A stretch of 24,607 nt of DNA from a bacterium (GCA_046758365.1 JBHIAC010000031.1:1-24607), one strand, 5' to 3'. Positions 1 through 10,053 are shown, numbered from the stretch's first letter. The notes: a model not told the origin generated them from the letters alone. Translations and numbers: made by a program.

Positions 1-60
1 TTTTTAATTGTTTTGCCCTCAATCGTTTTGCCTTTTTGGTTCTGGCTTGGCTAGGTTAGG
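1..60. repeat. Short direct repeat plus REP-like GC-richer tail at window edge, possible end of a non-autonomous repeat
   Basis: AATTGTTTTGCC (6-17) and AATCGTTTTGCC (21-32) repeat with a 15-bp period, followed by TTTTGGTTCTGGCTTGGCTAGGTTAGG. The element is truncated by the window start. Confidence 0.3.
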
Positions 61-142
61 ACTTGTACTCCTGGTCTTAATCTTACAGGCGGATTCGCGG
101 CGCTGTGGATCGATTCAAAATATTTTATTGAATATTGACTTT

Positions 143-171
143 TTGATAGATTTTAATTAATATATTATAAT
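143..171 (+). promoter_or_regulatory. sigma70-type promoter for hutU
   Basis: TTGATA (143-148), 17-bp spacer, TATAAT (166-171). An overlapping second candidate is TTGACT (135-140)-N17-TAATAT (158-163). Confidence 0.6.
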
Positions 172-236
172 GGAGTAATTTTTTAATATGTTAAGTTAAC
201 TTTTAATTGGAAATATCTAAAGCGAGCAGGAAACCA

Positions 237-1901
237 ATGGAAATGAAAGATTACAAAGCCGTTAAAGCTCCGAGGGGCTTGAAGCTTACTTGTAAAGGGT
301 GGGGGCAGGAAGCGGCTATGCGTATGTTGATGAATAATCTTGATCCCGAAGTAGCCGAAGCTCCTGAGAAACTTATTATATATGGTGGCACTGGTAAAGC
401 AGCTCGCAACTGGGAATGTTTTCACCAAATTGTTAAAGCCCTTCAAAATTTGGAGAAAGATGAGACGCTTTTGGTTCAGTCAGGTAAGCCTGTTGGGATT
501 TTTGAAACTCATATTCAAGCTCCAAGAGTGCTCATCGCTAATTCATTGCTGGTCCCAGCCTGGGCGAATTCTGAATATTTTCGAGACTTAGAGGATAAGG
601 GGCTGATAATGTACGGACAGATGACGGCCGGTAGTTGGATTTATATTGGAACCCAGGGAATTCTTCAAGGGACGTATGAAACTATTGCGGCCGCGGCCAA
701 AAAACATTTTGGGGGTGATTTAAAAGGTAAGCTCGTAGTATCTGGTGGTTTAGGGGGAATGGGTGGCGCCCAACCCCTGGCAGCTACCATGAATGGAGCC
801 GCTTTTCTTGGGGTTGAGGTTGACCGCAATAGAATTGAACGAAGAATAAATACCCGATATTGCGATAGGATGGTTGAGAATTTGGACGAGGCTTTGAAAA
901 TCGTTTTGGCAGCAAAAGAGAAAAAAGAAGCGGTTTCTGTTGGCCTAGTGGGTAATAGTGCAGAAGTTTTACCTGAGTTAGTAAAAAGAGAAATTGTACC
1001 AGATTTATTAACCGATCAAACCTCTGCCCATGATGAGTTACATGGCTATGTACCTGCTGGGATGCCTTATCCAGAAGCTCTCCGACTGCGAGAACGAAAC
1101 CCACAAGATTACATTCGTAGAAGCTACGAATCCATGGCCACTCATGTTCTGGCTATGCTTGAGCTCCAAAAATTGGGTGCGGTTACTTTTGACTACGGTA
1201 ACAATATTCGAGGTCAAGCCTTTAAAGCTGGGGTAAAAGAGGCTTTCGATTTTCCAGGCTTTGTTCCGGCTTATATTCGGCCTCTATTTTGCGAAGGAAA
1301 AGGACCATTCCGATGGGCGGCTCTTTCTGGAGAACCAGAAGATATTTATAAAACAGATCAAGTAGTTTTGAAATTGTTTCCTGAAGATGATGCGCTTGTT
1401 CGATGGATTTCATTAGCCGGCAAGAAAATTGAATTTCAAGGCCTTCCCTCACGGATATGCTGGCTTGGTTATGGTGAGCGAGCAAAATTTGGTTTGGCTA
1501 TCAATGATATGGTGACTACTGGCGAAATCAAAGCGCCAATTGTGATAGGTAGAGATCATTTGGATACAGGTTCCGTGGCTTCTCCAAATCGTGAGACCGA
1601 AGGTATGAAAGATGGTTCTGACGCTATTGCAGATTGGCCCATACTTAATGCTTTGTTGAATGCAGTTTCAGGGGCCACATGGGTTTCGGTGCATCACGGG
1701 GGGGGCGTTGGAATTGGTAATTCCATTCACGCAGGTCAAGTCATTGTTGCTGATGGCACTCGAGATGCTTCTGATCGCTTGGAAAGAGTATTAACCAATG
1801 ATCCAGGGATTGGTATTGCAAGACATGCAGATGCAGGCTATGATGAAGCGGTGAACACAGCCAAGCAAAAAGGGATTAAAATTCCTATGTTGATGCCTTG
1901 A
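237..1901 (+). CDS. hutU: Urocanate hydratase
   Basis: Motifs [68 protein letters not shown] at 237 follows GCAGGA; the ORF-track TTG at 207 is less likely. Confidence 0.98.
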   Translation: MEMKDYKAVKAPRGLKLTCKGWGQEAAMRMLMNNLDPEVAEAPEKLIIYGGTGKAARNWECFHQIVKALQNLEKDETLLVQSGKPVGIFETHIQAPRVLIANSLLVPAWANSEYFRDLEDKGLIMYGQMTAGSWIYIGTQGILQGTYETIAAAAKKHFGGDLKGKLVVSGGLGGMGGAQPLAATMNGAAFLGVEVDRNRIERRINTRYCDRMVENLDEALKIVLAAKEKKEAVSVGLVGNSAEVLPELVKREIVPDLLTDQTSAHDELHGYVPAGMPYPEALRLRERNPQDYIRRSYESMATHVLAMLELQKLGAVTFDYGNNIRGQAFKAGVKEAFDFPGFVPAYIRPLFCEGKGPFRWAALSGEPEDIYKTDQVVLKLFPEDDALVRWISLAGKKIEFQGLPSRICWLGYGERAKFGLAINDMVTTGEIKAPIVIGRDHLDTGSVASPNRETEGMKDGSDAIADWPILNALLNAVSGATWVSVHHGGGVGIGNSIHAGQVIVADGTRDASDRLERVLTNDPGIGIARHADAGYDEAVNTAKQKGIKIPMLMP

Positions 1902-1923
1902 TTTATTTATTTAATGACGGATC

Positions 1924-3171
1924 TTGAAAGTTGATTTTTTAGTTAAAAATGCGGCTGAATTAATAACACCTCAAGGATCTCCAGAATTTGTACCCGGCTC
2001 ATTTTTACGTATTGAAGATGGAGCTCTGGCTGCATTTCAAGGCAAAATCGTATTGGTTGGGAAAACCAGCAACGTGGAATCGCAAATTGAACGCCTGGAA
2101 AATTCAGAAATCGTTGATGCTACTGGTAAAACCATCACACCAGGTTTTATTGACTGCCATACGCATCCAATATTTTATGATACGAGGGAAAATGAATTCG
2201 AATGGCGGACTCTGGGTAAAAACTACGAGGAAATTGCTATGGCTGGTGGCGGCATTCGTTCAAGCGTTCGTAGTTTACGAAAGGCGTCCAAAGAAGAACT
2301 GGTTAAAGCAACGCTTCCTAGATTAGATAGATTTCTCGCTCATGGTACTACCACGATTGAAGCCAAGAGTGGATATGGCCTTTCCGTAGAAGACGAGATA
2401 AAATCTCTGGAAGTCATTGCCGAATTAAACAAAATTCATCCCCTTGAACTCATTCCAACTTTTTTAGGAGCTCATGAGATCCCGGATGAATATCGAAAAA
2501 ATAGGAAGAATTACATCAATTTAATTATTAACAAGATGATTCCATTGGTTTTAGAGAGGAATCTGGCTGAATTCTGTGATGTATTTTGTGAATCTCATGT
2601 TTTTAGCTTAGATGAATCACGTCAAATTCTGACCGCAGCAAAAAAAGCAGGATTAAAAATAAAGATTCATGCGGATCAATTAAGCCATAATGGCGGAGCA
2701 TCGTTAGCAGCGGAATTAGATGCGGTATCGGCGGATCACTTAGAATACACTGCGGAAAAAGATTGGCAGGTAATGCTTGAGCACCAAGTATTACCCGTGC
2801 TCTTACCTGGCGCGGTTTTTTTTCTTGGAAAAGAAAAATATGCCCCTGCTAAGGCTATGCTCAAAGTAGGATTGCCTGTGGCTGTGGCGACCGATTTTAA
2901 CCCAGGCACGTGCATGTCTGAATCCATGCCTTTAATTTTAACTATCTCTTGTTTGAAATTAAAACTCAAACCTTCAGAAGCACTAACAGCCGCCACCTAT
3001 CATGCGGCCTTAGCCATTGATCGTGGGAACTTGTTAGGTACTCTTGAAGTAGGAAAAAGGGCCGACCTTGTGATTTGGGATGTGCCAAATTATAGACATT
3101 TACCTTATCACTTTGGTGTAAATTTAGCAAAAACCGTGATAAAATCTGGAAAAATAGTTTGCGAAAATTAA
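1924..3171 (+). CDS. hutI: Imidazolonepropionase
   Basis: Amidohydrolase motifs PGFIDCHTH, GGGI..SV, HGTTTIEAKSGYGL, TFLGAH, IHADQ, ADHLE, ATDFNPG. It lies directly after hutU and starts with TTG. Confidence 0.96.
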   Translation: MKVDFLVKNAAELITPQGSPEFVPGSFLRIEDGALAAFQGKIVLVGKTSNVESQIERLENSEIVDATGKTITPGFIDCHTHPIFYDTRENEFEWRTLGKNYEEIAMAGGGIRSSVRSLRKASKEELVKATLPRLDRFLAHGTTTIEAKSGYGLSVEDEIKSLEVIAELNKIHPLELIPTFLGAHEIPDEYRKNRKNYINLIINKMIPLVLERNLAEFCDVFCESHVFSLDESRQILTAAKKAGLKIKIHADQLSHNGGASLAAELDAVSADHLEYTAEKDWQVMLEHQVLPVLLPGAVFFLGKEKYAPAKAMLKVGLPVAVATDFNPGTCMSESMPLILTISCLKLKLKPSEALTAATYHAALAIDRGNLLGTLEVGKRADLVIWDVPNYRHLPYHFGVNLAKTVIKSGKIVCEN

Positions 3172-3243
3172 CCAAAATAAAAATACAGATTTTTTAAAAA
3201 GCCGAAAAGAAAGCGAGGGATTCAATTTTTGTTGCATAAATTA

Positions 3244-4446
3244 ATGAGTATTAGAATCATTTCACCACTTATTATATTGTTTATTTTAGTCGTGTTCAAT
3301 ATTATTAGCTGTAGTGAAGACATGCCTATCCAGGATATTAATTTAGCAGATCCATCAGATAGAGGAAGTATAGAAAACATAAGCATAAATACAATTGATT
3401 TGGAAGTAAGTTTTAGCGATACAGTCGCAGCCACAGGTTCAAGTGAAATTTTATCACTTGGATCGTATACCGATATAGAAACGAAAATTTTATTAAGATT
3501 TGAAAATTTACCTAACAATATTTTAGCTACCAGTGCAGCCATAGTATTAAACACTCGAGCCATTATTGGGGAATCCATGCAGCCTTTCACTGCTACAATC
3601 CATCAAATCACAGCAGATTGGGATGAATTATCTGTTACGGATGAAATTTTTCAAAATTCATTTAACATTGATTCACTTGGAAGCGCTGAAATATTTCCAA
3701 CGGTTAATGATACATCAGGAATAGATACATTAAATATTGGATCAGTAAGAATTGAATTTGATAATCCTCAATTGGTGAATGATTGGATGGACTCGACCTC
3801 GATGGTCGCTAATTATGGCGTTTTGCTTGATTTTTTAAATAGCAATTTCATAAAGGAATTTTTTTCCAAAGATAACATTACTAATCAACCTATGTTAGAA
3901 ATTCAGTACCTTAGCGATAGCACAGATACTGATACTACTTATGTTACGGCAACGGCTGATGCTTATTTAGTACGAAGTCTTATGGAGCCACCGTCAGGGC
4001 CTCTATACGTTGACAATATCTTCAGTCGTCAAAGTGTTATTAAATTTGATCTTTCAAAATCAAAAATACCGAGAGAATCTACAATTAACAGAGCAATATT
4101 GGATTTAAATATACAAGCTGAACATTCAATTTTGAAAGATGATAGATTTACTATTCAGCTTATTCGATTAGCAGAACCGTTTGTGCCACCTAATTCATTC
4201 AAATTGGACTCTTTGTTTTTTGTAATAAATACAGCTTTTGATCTCTCGAACTCATTCCTTGAAATTCCAATAACGGGCATGGTTCAAAATTGGATAACAC
4301 AAGATGTAAATAATAATGGCTTTATTATTAGAACAGGCACCCCGGGTCGTGATGTTTCAAGGGTGGCGTTTTTTTCCGCAGGAATTGATTCCAGTTTGGC
4401 GCCAAAAGTAGAAGTCGATTATACCGTTGCTCCACCGATCCCTTAA
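3244..4446 (+). CDS. Lipoprotein with two tandem DNRLRE/DUF4270-like beta-sandwich domains
   Basis: Hydrophobic signal ending IIS-C (Cys23 from ATG 3244). Internal repeat: LLRFENLP..LVNDW..NYGVLL..FFS..PMLEIQY versus VIKFDLS.IP..MVQNW..NNGFII..FFS..PKVEVDY. Confidence 0.65.
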   Translation: MSIRIISPLIILFILVVFNIISCSEDMPIQDINLADPSDRGSIENISINTIDLEVSFSDTVAATGSSEILSLGSYTDIETKILLRFENLPNNILATSAAIVLNTRAIIGESMQPFTATIHQITADWDELSVTDEIFQNSFNIDSLGSAEIFPTVNDTSGIDTLNIGSVRIEFDNPQLVNDWMDSTSMVANYGVLLDFLNSNFIKEFFSKDNITNQPMLEIQYLSDSTDTDTTYVTATADAYLVRSLMEPPSGPLYVDNIFSRQSVIKFDLSKSKIPRESTINRAILDLNIQAEHSILKDDRFTIQLIRLAEPFVPPNSFKLDSLFFVINTAFDLSNSFLEIPITGMVQNWITQDVNNNGFIIRTGTPGRDVSRVAFFSAGIDSSLAPKVEVDYTVAPPIP

Positions 4447-4471
4447 TAATTATTTAAGAAAAGGTAATCTT

Positions 4472-5677
4472 ATGAAGAATTTTAAATATAAATTTTGTAC
4501 ACTGATATTATTGGTTATTACTAATTTTCTACCCCCAGTTCAAGCCGGATCTTTTTATTCATCCAAAGGAATTGGACTGGTGCGTTATTTTGTTAGCGGT
4601 CGGAGTGTTGGTATGGGAGGGGTTGGATTAGCAATAGCAGATAAAATGACAGTGAGCTACCTAAATCCGGCTGGTCTTGTAGTAATCCCCATTACTTTTA
4701 TTTCAGGTAACCTATTACACGAAGCAACTGATTTGAAAGGCGCTTCACAGAATGCATTTATTTCCAATACCAATGTCAGCGGAGTTCAATTTGTTATTCC
4801 TATTAAAAGAAATCGAGCGGTTATTTCCTTAGGGCTGAACCCATATAGCTCCATCGAATATTCTTTTGATTCTACAATTTCCCAAGGAGAAAAGACATTC
4901 ATAGAATCAATTTCTGCTGATGGTGGTGTGAATACCGGTTTTTTTAGCTTTTCATTTAGACCAATTAAAAATTTTTACTTAGGCATTACTGGATTATTTT
5001 ACTTTGGTGTACTAAAAAATAGTTGGGAGGTAAATTTTATTTCTCAGGAATTTTCTAATTCTCAAGATCAAATCTCTCAGAGTTTTACTACTGGAAATAT
5101 TAGGATTGGATTTATTTATCAAATTACACCTCGTTGGAGTCTTGGTGGTGTTTTTACCCCATCTGCAACATTTAATGTAAACAAAAAACTCACACAAAGA
5201 TTCGGTGAATTTTCAGATTTCCCTGATAGCGATATTGAAATACCTTTAGCCTTTGGAGTGGGAACAGCTTTTTATTTGAGCAAAAAAGTTTTAGCAGAAG
5301 TTGATTTCTATTTACAAAAATGGAGCAATTTTGAAGGTGATGGGTTTGTCAATGATAGTAAGAGGATTGGATTTGGCGTTGAATATTCAGCAAGAGGTTC
5401 TGAGCGGGCATCCTATTTTAGTCGAATGGCCTTTCGAGCTGGTATTTTTTACCGAGACTTAGGTCTCGAAGATCCAGCAGGTGAAAAAGTAACAGAACTT
5501 TTTGGTACCCTTGGACTAGGACTGCCGATTAAATGGTCGGCCGGTAGAATCGACTTGGCATTGGAAGGCGGAAGGCGGGGCTCTCTTCCATCAAACCCTT
5601 TTAGAGAGACAATTGTTCGGATTACGGGCAGTATCACGGTTGGTGAAAGATGGTTTTATCGTGGAGGCAGGCTATGA
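4472..5677 (+). CDS. Outer-membrane beta-barrel protein, FadL/PorV-like
   Basis: Signal peptide ending VQA. N-terminal hatch-like GRSVGMGGVGLA...NPAG, alternating amphipathic strands, C-terminal RITGSITVGERWF. ATG 4472 follows AAGGT. Confidence 0.75.
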   Translation: MKNFKYKFCTLILLVITNFLPPVQAGSFYSSKGIGLVRYFVSGRSVGMGGVGLAIADKMTVSYLNPAGLVVIPITFISGNLLHEATDLKGASQNAFISNTNVSGVQFVIPIKRNRAVISLGLNPYSSIEYSFDSTISQGEKTFIESISADGGVNTGFFSFSFRPIKNFYLGITGLFYFGVLKNSWEVNFISQEFSNSQDQISQSFTTGNIRIGFIYQITPRWSLGGVFTPSATFNVNKKLTQRFGEFSDFPDSDIEIPLAFGVGTAFYLSKKVLAEVDFYLQKWSNFEGDGFVNDSKRIGFGVEYSARGSERASYFSRMAFRAGIFYRDLGLEDPAGEKVTELFGTLGLGLPIKWSAGRIDLALEGGRRGSLPSNPFRETIVRITGSITVGERWFYRGGRL

Positions 5678-5696
5678 TTTAATTGTTACAATTTAC

Positions 5697-5725
5697 TTGA
5701 TTTTTAATTAAATTTTTAGTATGCT
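5697..5725 (+). promoter_or_regulatory. sigma70-type promoter upstream of the TPR-glyA-nrdR unit
   Basis: TTGATT (5697-5702)-N17-TATGCT (5720-5725). The AT-rich context lowers specificity. Confidence 0.4.
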
Positions 5726-5913
5726 TAAAAATTTAAAATATACAGTAAACATTAATTCATAAATTATTAATTCACTTCTTTGAGCTAATTTAAAATCTTA
5801 TTTATTAAAAAATTTACTCAAATAATAGTCTTTGTATATTTTATATTTTTAAGAAAAATTTAATAATCCTTTATTTCCAATTGTTTAATTGAAATATACG
5901 GGAGGAATATTAA

Positions 5914-7203
5914 GTGTTAAAAGCAAACTTTAACCTGTTGAAAGTTTGGAATTGTGTGGGGGTGTCAGGATTAATTTTAATATTCGCTTTGAGCATGATT
6001 TCAAATGATTCATTTGCTCAAAAGAAAAAGAAGAAGAAAAATAAAAAAGGTAAGCAAGAAGAGAATGACCAAGCTTTGCTTGAATCCCAGAGAAAGGCCT
6101 ATGAATTTGAAATGACCAAATTTTGGAGTTTCGGTTTTGAAAACTATAAAAATAAACAATATACCGATGCCGTTAAGAATTTTTGGAAAGTGGCGAATAT
6201 GGATACGATTAACAAATTTCCTAGGGTTTATCGATATCTGGGAGATAGTTATTTTAATCTACATAAGCCGGATACGGCGCAAATTGTATTTGAATTAGGG
6301 ATAAAAAAATACCCAGAAGACTCACATTTACACCGGATGTATGGCTATATTTTGGCGGAAAAGGAACTTACTGAAGATGCTATTTCGGAATATGAAATTG
6401 TGGTTAAACTTGATTCACAATCCGTAACCGATTGGAAGCAGCTTGCAGCTCTTTACGCTAAAGTAGATCAATATGATGAGGCGATTAGGGCTTATGAAAA
6501 GGTTCTCGAATTAAAACCTGATGATGAAGAAGCACAAAGGAACGTGTCCGCATTATATGCTGCAACCGGCCAAAGTGAAAAAGAAACCGAAGCGAAAGAA
6601 AGGGTTAGAGAACAACAACCTGAAAATTCTCAAGTTCGTTTTGAACTTGGTGTATTATATTTCAATGAAGGCCAATATGAGAAGAGCATCGAAAGATTTA
6701 ACGAATTTTTAGCTCTCGTACCAGGTGATGTGAATGCCATTGAATACATTGCAAATGCTTATCAACGGTTAGATCGTTATAGAGATGCAATTAAAGAATA
6801 TAATATGATTTTGAATAAAGTTCCGAACAATAAAAAAGTCAAGGCTGAAATAAGCCGGTGTTATAAAGGCTTGAACAATTTTGCAATGGCAAGAAGATAC
6901 GCCAGAAAGGCCTTGGCGAATGATAATTCTTACGGCCTGGGATGGATTGTTTTTGGTGAAGCTTATGAAGCCAGCGCTGAATATTGTGTTAAAAAGAAAA
7001 ATGGCAAAGTTGATTACAATGATAAATTAGTTTATGAACTTGCGTATCAACAATACAAAAAAGCCCTACAAGATTTAGCCTATAGAAACGAAGCAGAAAG
7101 GCACATAAGTTATCTCCAAGGTGTGTTACCTACCACTGAAGACAAGTTTATGCATAAAGATCAAAAAAGAGCTGAGGGCGATTGTTATAAGTGGATATAT
7201 TAA
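5914..7203 (+). CDS. Exported tetratricopeptide-repeat protein
   Basis: GTG start after GGAGGA, signal peptide ending SFA-Q, Lys-rich stretch, then multiple TPR units (e.g. WKQLAALYAKVDQYDEAIRAYEKVLELKPDD). Confidence 0.85.
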   Translation: MLKANFNLLKVWNCVGVSGLILIFALSMISNDSFAQKKKKKKNKKGKQEENDQALLESQRKAYEFEMTKFWSFGFENYKNKQYTDAVKNFWKVANMDTINKFPRVYRYLGDSYFNLHKPDTAQIVFELGIKKYPEDSHLHRMYGYILAEKELTEDAISEYEIVVKLDSQSVTDWKQLAALYAKVDQYDEAIRAYEKVLELKPDDEEAQRNVSALYAATGQSEKETEAKERVREQQPENSQVRFELGVLYFNEGQYEKSIERFNEFLALVPGDVNAIEYIANAYQRLDRYRDAIKEYNMILNKVPNNKKVKAEISRCYKGLNNFAMARRYARKALANDNSYGLGWIVFGEAYEASAEYCVKKKNGKVDYNDKLVYELAYQQYKKALQDLAYRNEAERHISYLQGVLPTTEDKFMHKDQKRAEGDCYKWIY

Positions 7204-7243
7204 ATTCTAACATTTAATAAAAGTTATAAACGAGGCTCAACAT

Positions 7244-8539
7244 TTGAAGCATCTAAAGCGTACTGATCCCCAATTATATAAAGCGATTATTGATGAAACT
7301 CATCGTCAGAATGATAAGCTTGAGTTAATTGCCTCAGAGAATTTTGTTAGCCCAGCCGTATTGCAAGCCATGGGTCAGGTAATGACCAACAAATATGCCG
7401 AGGGCTATCCCCACAAACGTTATTATGGTGGTTGTGAATTTGTTGATGTAGCAGAAGAATTAGCAAGAGAAAGAGCGAAAAAGTTATTTAAAGCTGAGCA
7501 TGCCAATGTCCAGCCTCACTCAGGTTCTCAAGCTAATATAGCCGCTTATTTTTCTTTTGTAAAACCAGGGGATACTATATTGGGTATGAACTTGTCCCAC
7601 GGAGGACATCTTACCCATGGAAGTCCAGTTAATTTCTCAGGAAGACTCTTTCGGGTTGTTTTTTATGGAGTCAATGCAAAAACCGGATGGATTGATTTAG
7701 ACGAAGTAGCGTCTATTTCTGAAAAGGAAAAACCTAAGTTAATCATTACTGGTGCCAGCGCCTATTCTCGTGCCATTGATTACCAAGGGTTTCGTGAAAT
7801 AGCCGATAAAGTTAGTGCTTATCTAATTGCAGATATTGCTCATCCTGCGGGTCTTATCGCTACCGGATTGATCTCCAGCCCGCTTCCTTTCTGCCATGCT
7901 GTAACTACTACCACCCATAAAACATTACGAGGCCCTCGTGGGGGAATGATATTAATTGGAAAGGATGGGGAAAATGATTTAGGAATAAAAACACCGAAAG
8001 GTCGAACCAAACTGTGGTCGGAAGTTATCGATTCAAATGTGTTTCCTGGCTTTCAGGGGGGTCCCCTTATGCACGTAATTGCAGCAAAAGCTGTTGCCTT
8101 TAAAGAAGATTTGGAGCTCAGTTTCAAAGAATATTCCCGACAAATCATTCGAAATGCTCAAACATTAGCCAATAAACTTATAGATCTGGGATATGATATT
8201 GTATCGGGCGGTACAGACACCCACCTTATGCTGATTGACTTACGCAACAAAGAACTTACAGGTAAAGAAGCAGAAGAAGCCTTGGAAAAAGCTGGAATCA
8301 CGGTAAATAAAAATATGGTTCCCTTCGACCAACAGAGTCCATTTGTTACCAGCGGTATTCGCCTTGGTACGCCTGCTTTAACCACCCGCGGCATGAAAGA
8401 AGCTGAGATGGAAGAAATCGCTTTCTTAATTGATAAAATTTTATCTGACATCAATAATGAAGCCGTATTAAAATTAGTTCGGGCGCAAGTAGCTGATTTA
8501 AGCAAACGTTTTCCATTATATGAACTTCCAAGTGAATAG
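7244..8539 (+). CDS. glyA: Serine hydroxymethyltransferase
   Basis: [43 protein letters not shown]-lysine motif [21 protein letters not shown]. Confidence 0.98.
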   Translation: MKHLKRTDPQLYKAIIDETHRQNDKLELIASENFVSPAVLQAMGQVMTNKYAEGYPHKRYYGGCEFVDVAEELARERAKKLFKAEHANVQPHSGSQANIAAYFSFVKPGDTILGMNLSHGGHLTHGSPVNFSGRLFRVVFYGVNAKTGWIDLDEVASISEKEKPKLIITGASAYSRAIDYQGFREIADKVSAYLIADIAHPAGLIATGLISSPLPFCHAVTTTTHKTLRGPRGGMILIGKDGENDLGIKTPKGRTKLWSEVIDSNVFPGFQGGPLMHVIAAKAVAFKEDLELSFKEYSRQIIRNAQTLANKLIDLGYDIVSGGTDTHLMLIDLRNKELTGKEAEEALEKAGITVNKNMVPFDQQSPFVTSGIRLGTPALTTRGMKEAEMEEIAFLIDKILSDINNEAVLKLVRAQVADLSKRFPLYELPSE

Positions 8540-8542
8540 AAC

Positions 8543-8998
8543 ATGCGATGTCCGTATTGTAAATTTGAAGACAGTAAAGTAATTGACTCACGTGCTAGTA
8601 ATGAAGGTCGGGTAGTGCGGCGCAGAAGGGAATGTCTACATTGCAAACGCAGATTTACTACTAAGGAACATGTAGAAGAAACTCCTCTTATGGTGGTTAA
8701 ATCCGATGGCCGACGTGAGAATTATGATCAAGTAAAACTCAAACGCAGCTTGCAAATTGCTTGCAACAAACGTCCAATCTCAACATCTACCCTCGATGGC
8801 ATTGTAATCAAAATTGAAGGTATTTTTCGCGATAAAGGGCGAGACGAAGTGCACTCAAGAGAAATAGGTGAGTTAGTTATCAATTACCTCCGAGGTCTGG
8901 ATGAAGTTGCTTATGTACGATTTGCCTCTGTTTATCGTAATTTTCAAGATAAAGAAGAATTCATGAGCGAGTTAGAGGGACTCAAATACGGTAAATAA
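8543..8998 (+). CDS. nrdR: Transcriptional repressor NrdR
   Basis: MRCPYC...VIDSR...RRRRECLHC.RRFTT zinc ribbon, ATP-cone, DEVAYVRFASVYR. Confidence 0.97.
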   Translation: MRCPYCKFEDSKVIDSRASNEGRVVRRRRECLHCKRRFTTKEHVEETPLMVVKSDGRRENYDQVKLKRSLQIACNKRPISTSTLDGIVIKIEGIFRDKGRDEVHSREIGELVINYLRGLDEVAYVRFASVYRNFQDKEEFMSELEGLKYGK

Positions 8999-9034
8999 AA
9001 TCTCTTTTGATTAAAAATTTTGAAGTAAATTGGT

Positions 9035-9089
9035 GAGCAGATAGATTTGGTACCCCAATTTTGAAAGAGGCGCCTCTATCTGCTCTTTT
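9035..9089 (+). terminator. Hairpin followed by a T-run between nrdR and tatC (terminator or attenuator candidate)
   Basis: Perfect 11-bp inverted repeat GAGCAGATAGA (9035-9045) / TCTATCTGCTC (9075-9085), then TTTT. The loop is long (29 nt) and partly self-pairing. Confidence 0.45.
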
Positions 9090-9106
9090 ATGTTTGGCTA
9101 TTTTAG

Positions 9107-9871
9107 ATGAACAAATATAAAAGTAATTTTAAAAAAAATAATGAAAAAGAAATGCCTTTTCTGGACCATTTAGAGGAACTTCGGTGGCGATTAATAAAAT
9201 CTATAGTAACTGTTATTGTCTTTGCCATTGGTGTTTATTTCTTTTCAGATAAAATTCTGGCTCTTTTGGTAAATCCTTATAATGAGGCAGCCGCACAATT
9301 GAACAAATCCGATATTCAAAAACTTATATTTTTAACGCCAATCGGTGGCTTTATGATTCGTATTAAACTTTCTATTTTTTCTGGGATTTTGATGGCCCTA
9401 CCAGTCATTTTTTATCAAATTTGGCAGTTTGTTGTCCCAGGCCTTTTGGAGAAAGAACGGAATTATGTCCCTGTCGTGGTTTTGTTTTCTACCGTTTGTT
9501 TTTTGGTTGGAGCCCTATTCTGCTATTTTATAGTTTTGCGTTATGGATTACGATTTCTCTTAAGTTTTGAAACCGCAGATTTGGTGGCCATGATCTCGAT
9601 TAATGAATACTTGCAATTTGTTACTATGCTGCTCTTGGTCTTCGGATTGATTTTTGAGCTGCCCGTGCTTTCTTTTTTTTTAACAAAAATAGGAATATTA
9701 ACCCCGGCATTTCTAAGCCATTATCGCCGCCATGGGATAGTAGTGATAGTTATTATAGCTGCCCTCATAACCCCTCCCGATGTTTTTACCCAATTACTGT
9801 TAGTTGGGCCTTTGATTTTGCTTTATGAAATCAGTATTATAGTTTCAAAATTCGCTATAAAAAATCCCTAG
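9107..9871 (+). CDS. tatC: Twin-arginine translocase subunit TatC
   Basis: EMPFLDHLEELRWRL, YQIWQFVVPGL, FELP, ITPPD, LLYEISI, and about six hydrophobic segments. Confidence 0.97.
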   Translation: MNKYKSNFKKNNEKEMPFLDHLEELRWRLIKSIVTVIVFAIGVYFFSDKILALLVNPYNEAAAQLNKSDIQKLIFLTPIGGFMIRIKLSIFSGILMALPVIFYQIWQFVVPGLLEKERNYVPVVVLFSTVCFLVGALFCYFIVLRYGLRFLLSFETADLVAMISINEYLQFVTMLLLVFGLIFELPVLSFFLTKIGILTPAFLSHYRRHGIVVIVIIAALITPPDVFTQLLLVGPLILLYEISIIVSKFAIKNP

Positions 9872-9974
9872 AGGCGTAGCCGAAAAGTAGATGCTTAAGA
9901 AAAAATCGAACTAAAAAACAATGACTTAACTACCTTGAATCTCAAAAAATATGGGTTTTCGGTCACGCCTCTAG
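9868..9974. mobile_element. MITE-like non-autonomous element (99 bp) flanked by CTAG
   Basis: CTAG-AGGCGTAGCCGAAAA (9868-9886) and TTTTCGGTCACGCCT-CTAG (9956-9974) are 17/19 inverted-identical. The core is non-coding and A-rich. Confidence 0.65.
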
Positions 9975-10053
9975 TAATCTAATGTGAGTTCAAATAAAGT
10001 AACGAATAATATAGTCGAAATAGTATATTGAACGAAATTGGAGGGAAAATTAA

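Noticed and set aside
61..90. Possible HutC operator (CTTGTA...)
   Set aside because: It is a half-site only, with no TGTA-N2-TACA-type dyad.
8158..8646. 162-aa minus-strand ORF
   Set aside because: It is an antisense shadow of glyA/nrdR with no recognisable motif or RBS.
10001..10035. Possible NrdR box upstream of dcd
   Set aside because: Only the ATATAGT half resembles the acaCwAtATaTwGtgt consensus. The left half does not match and there is no tandem second box.
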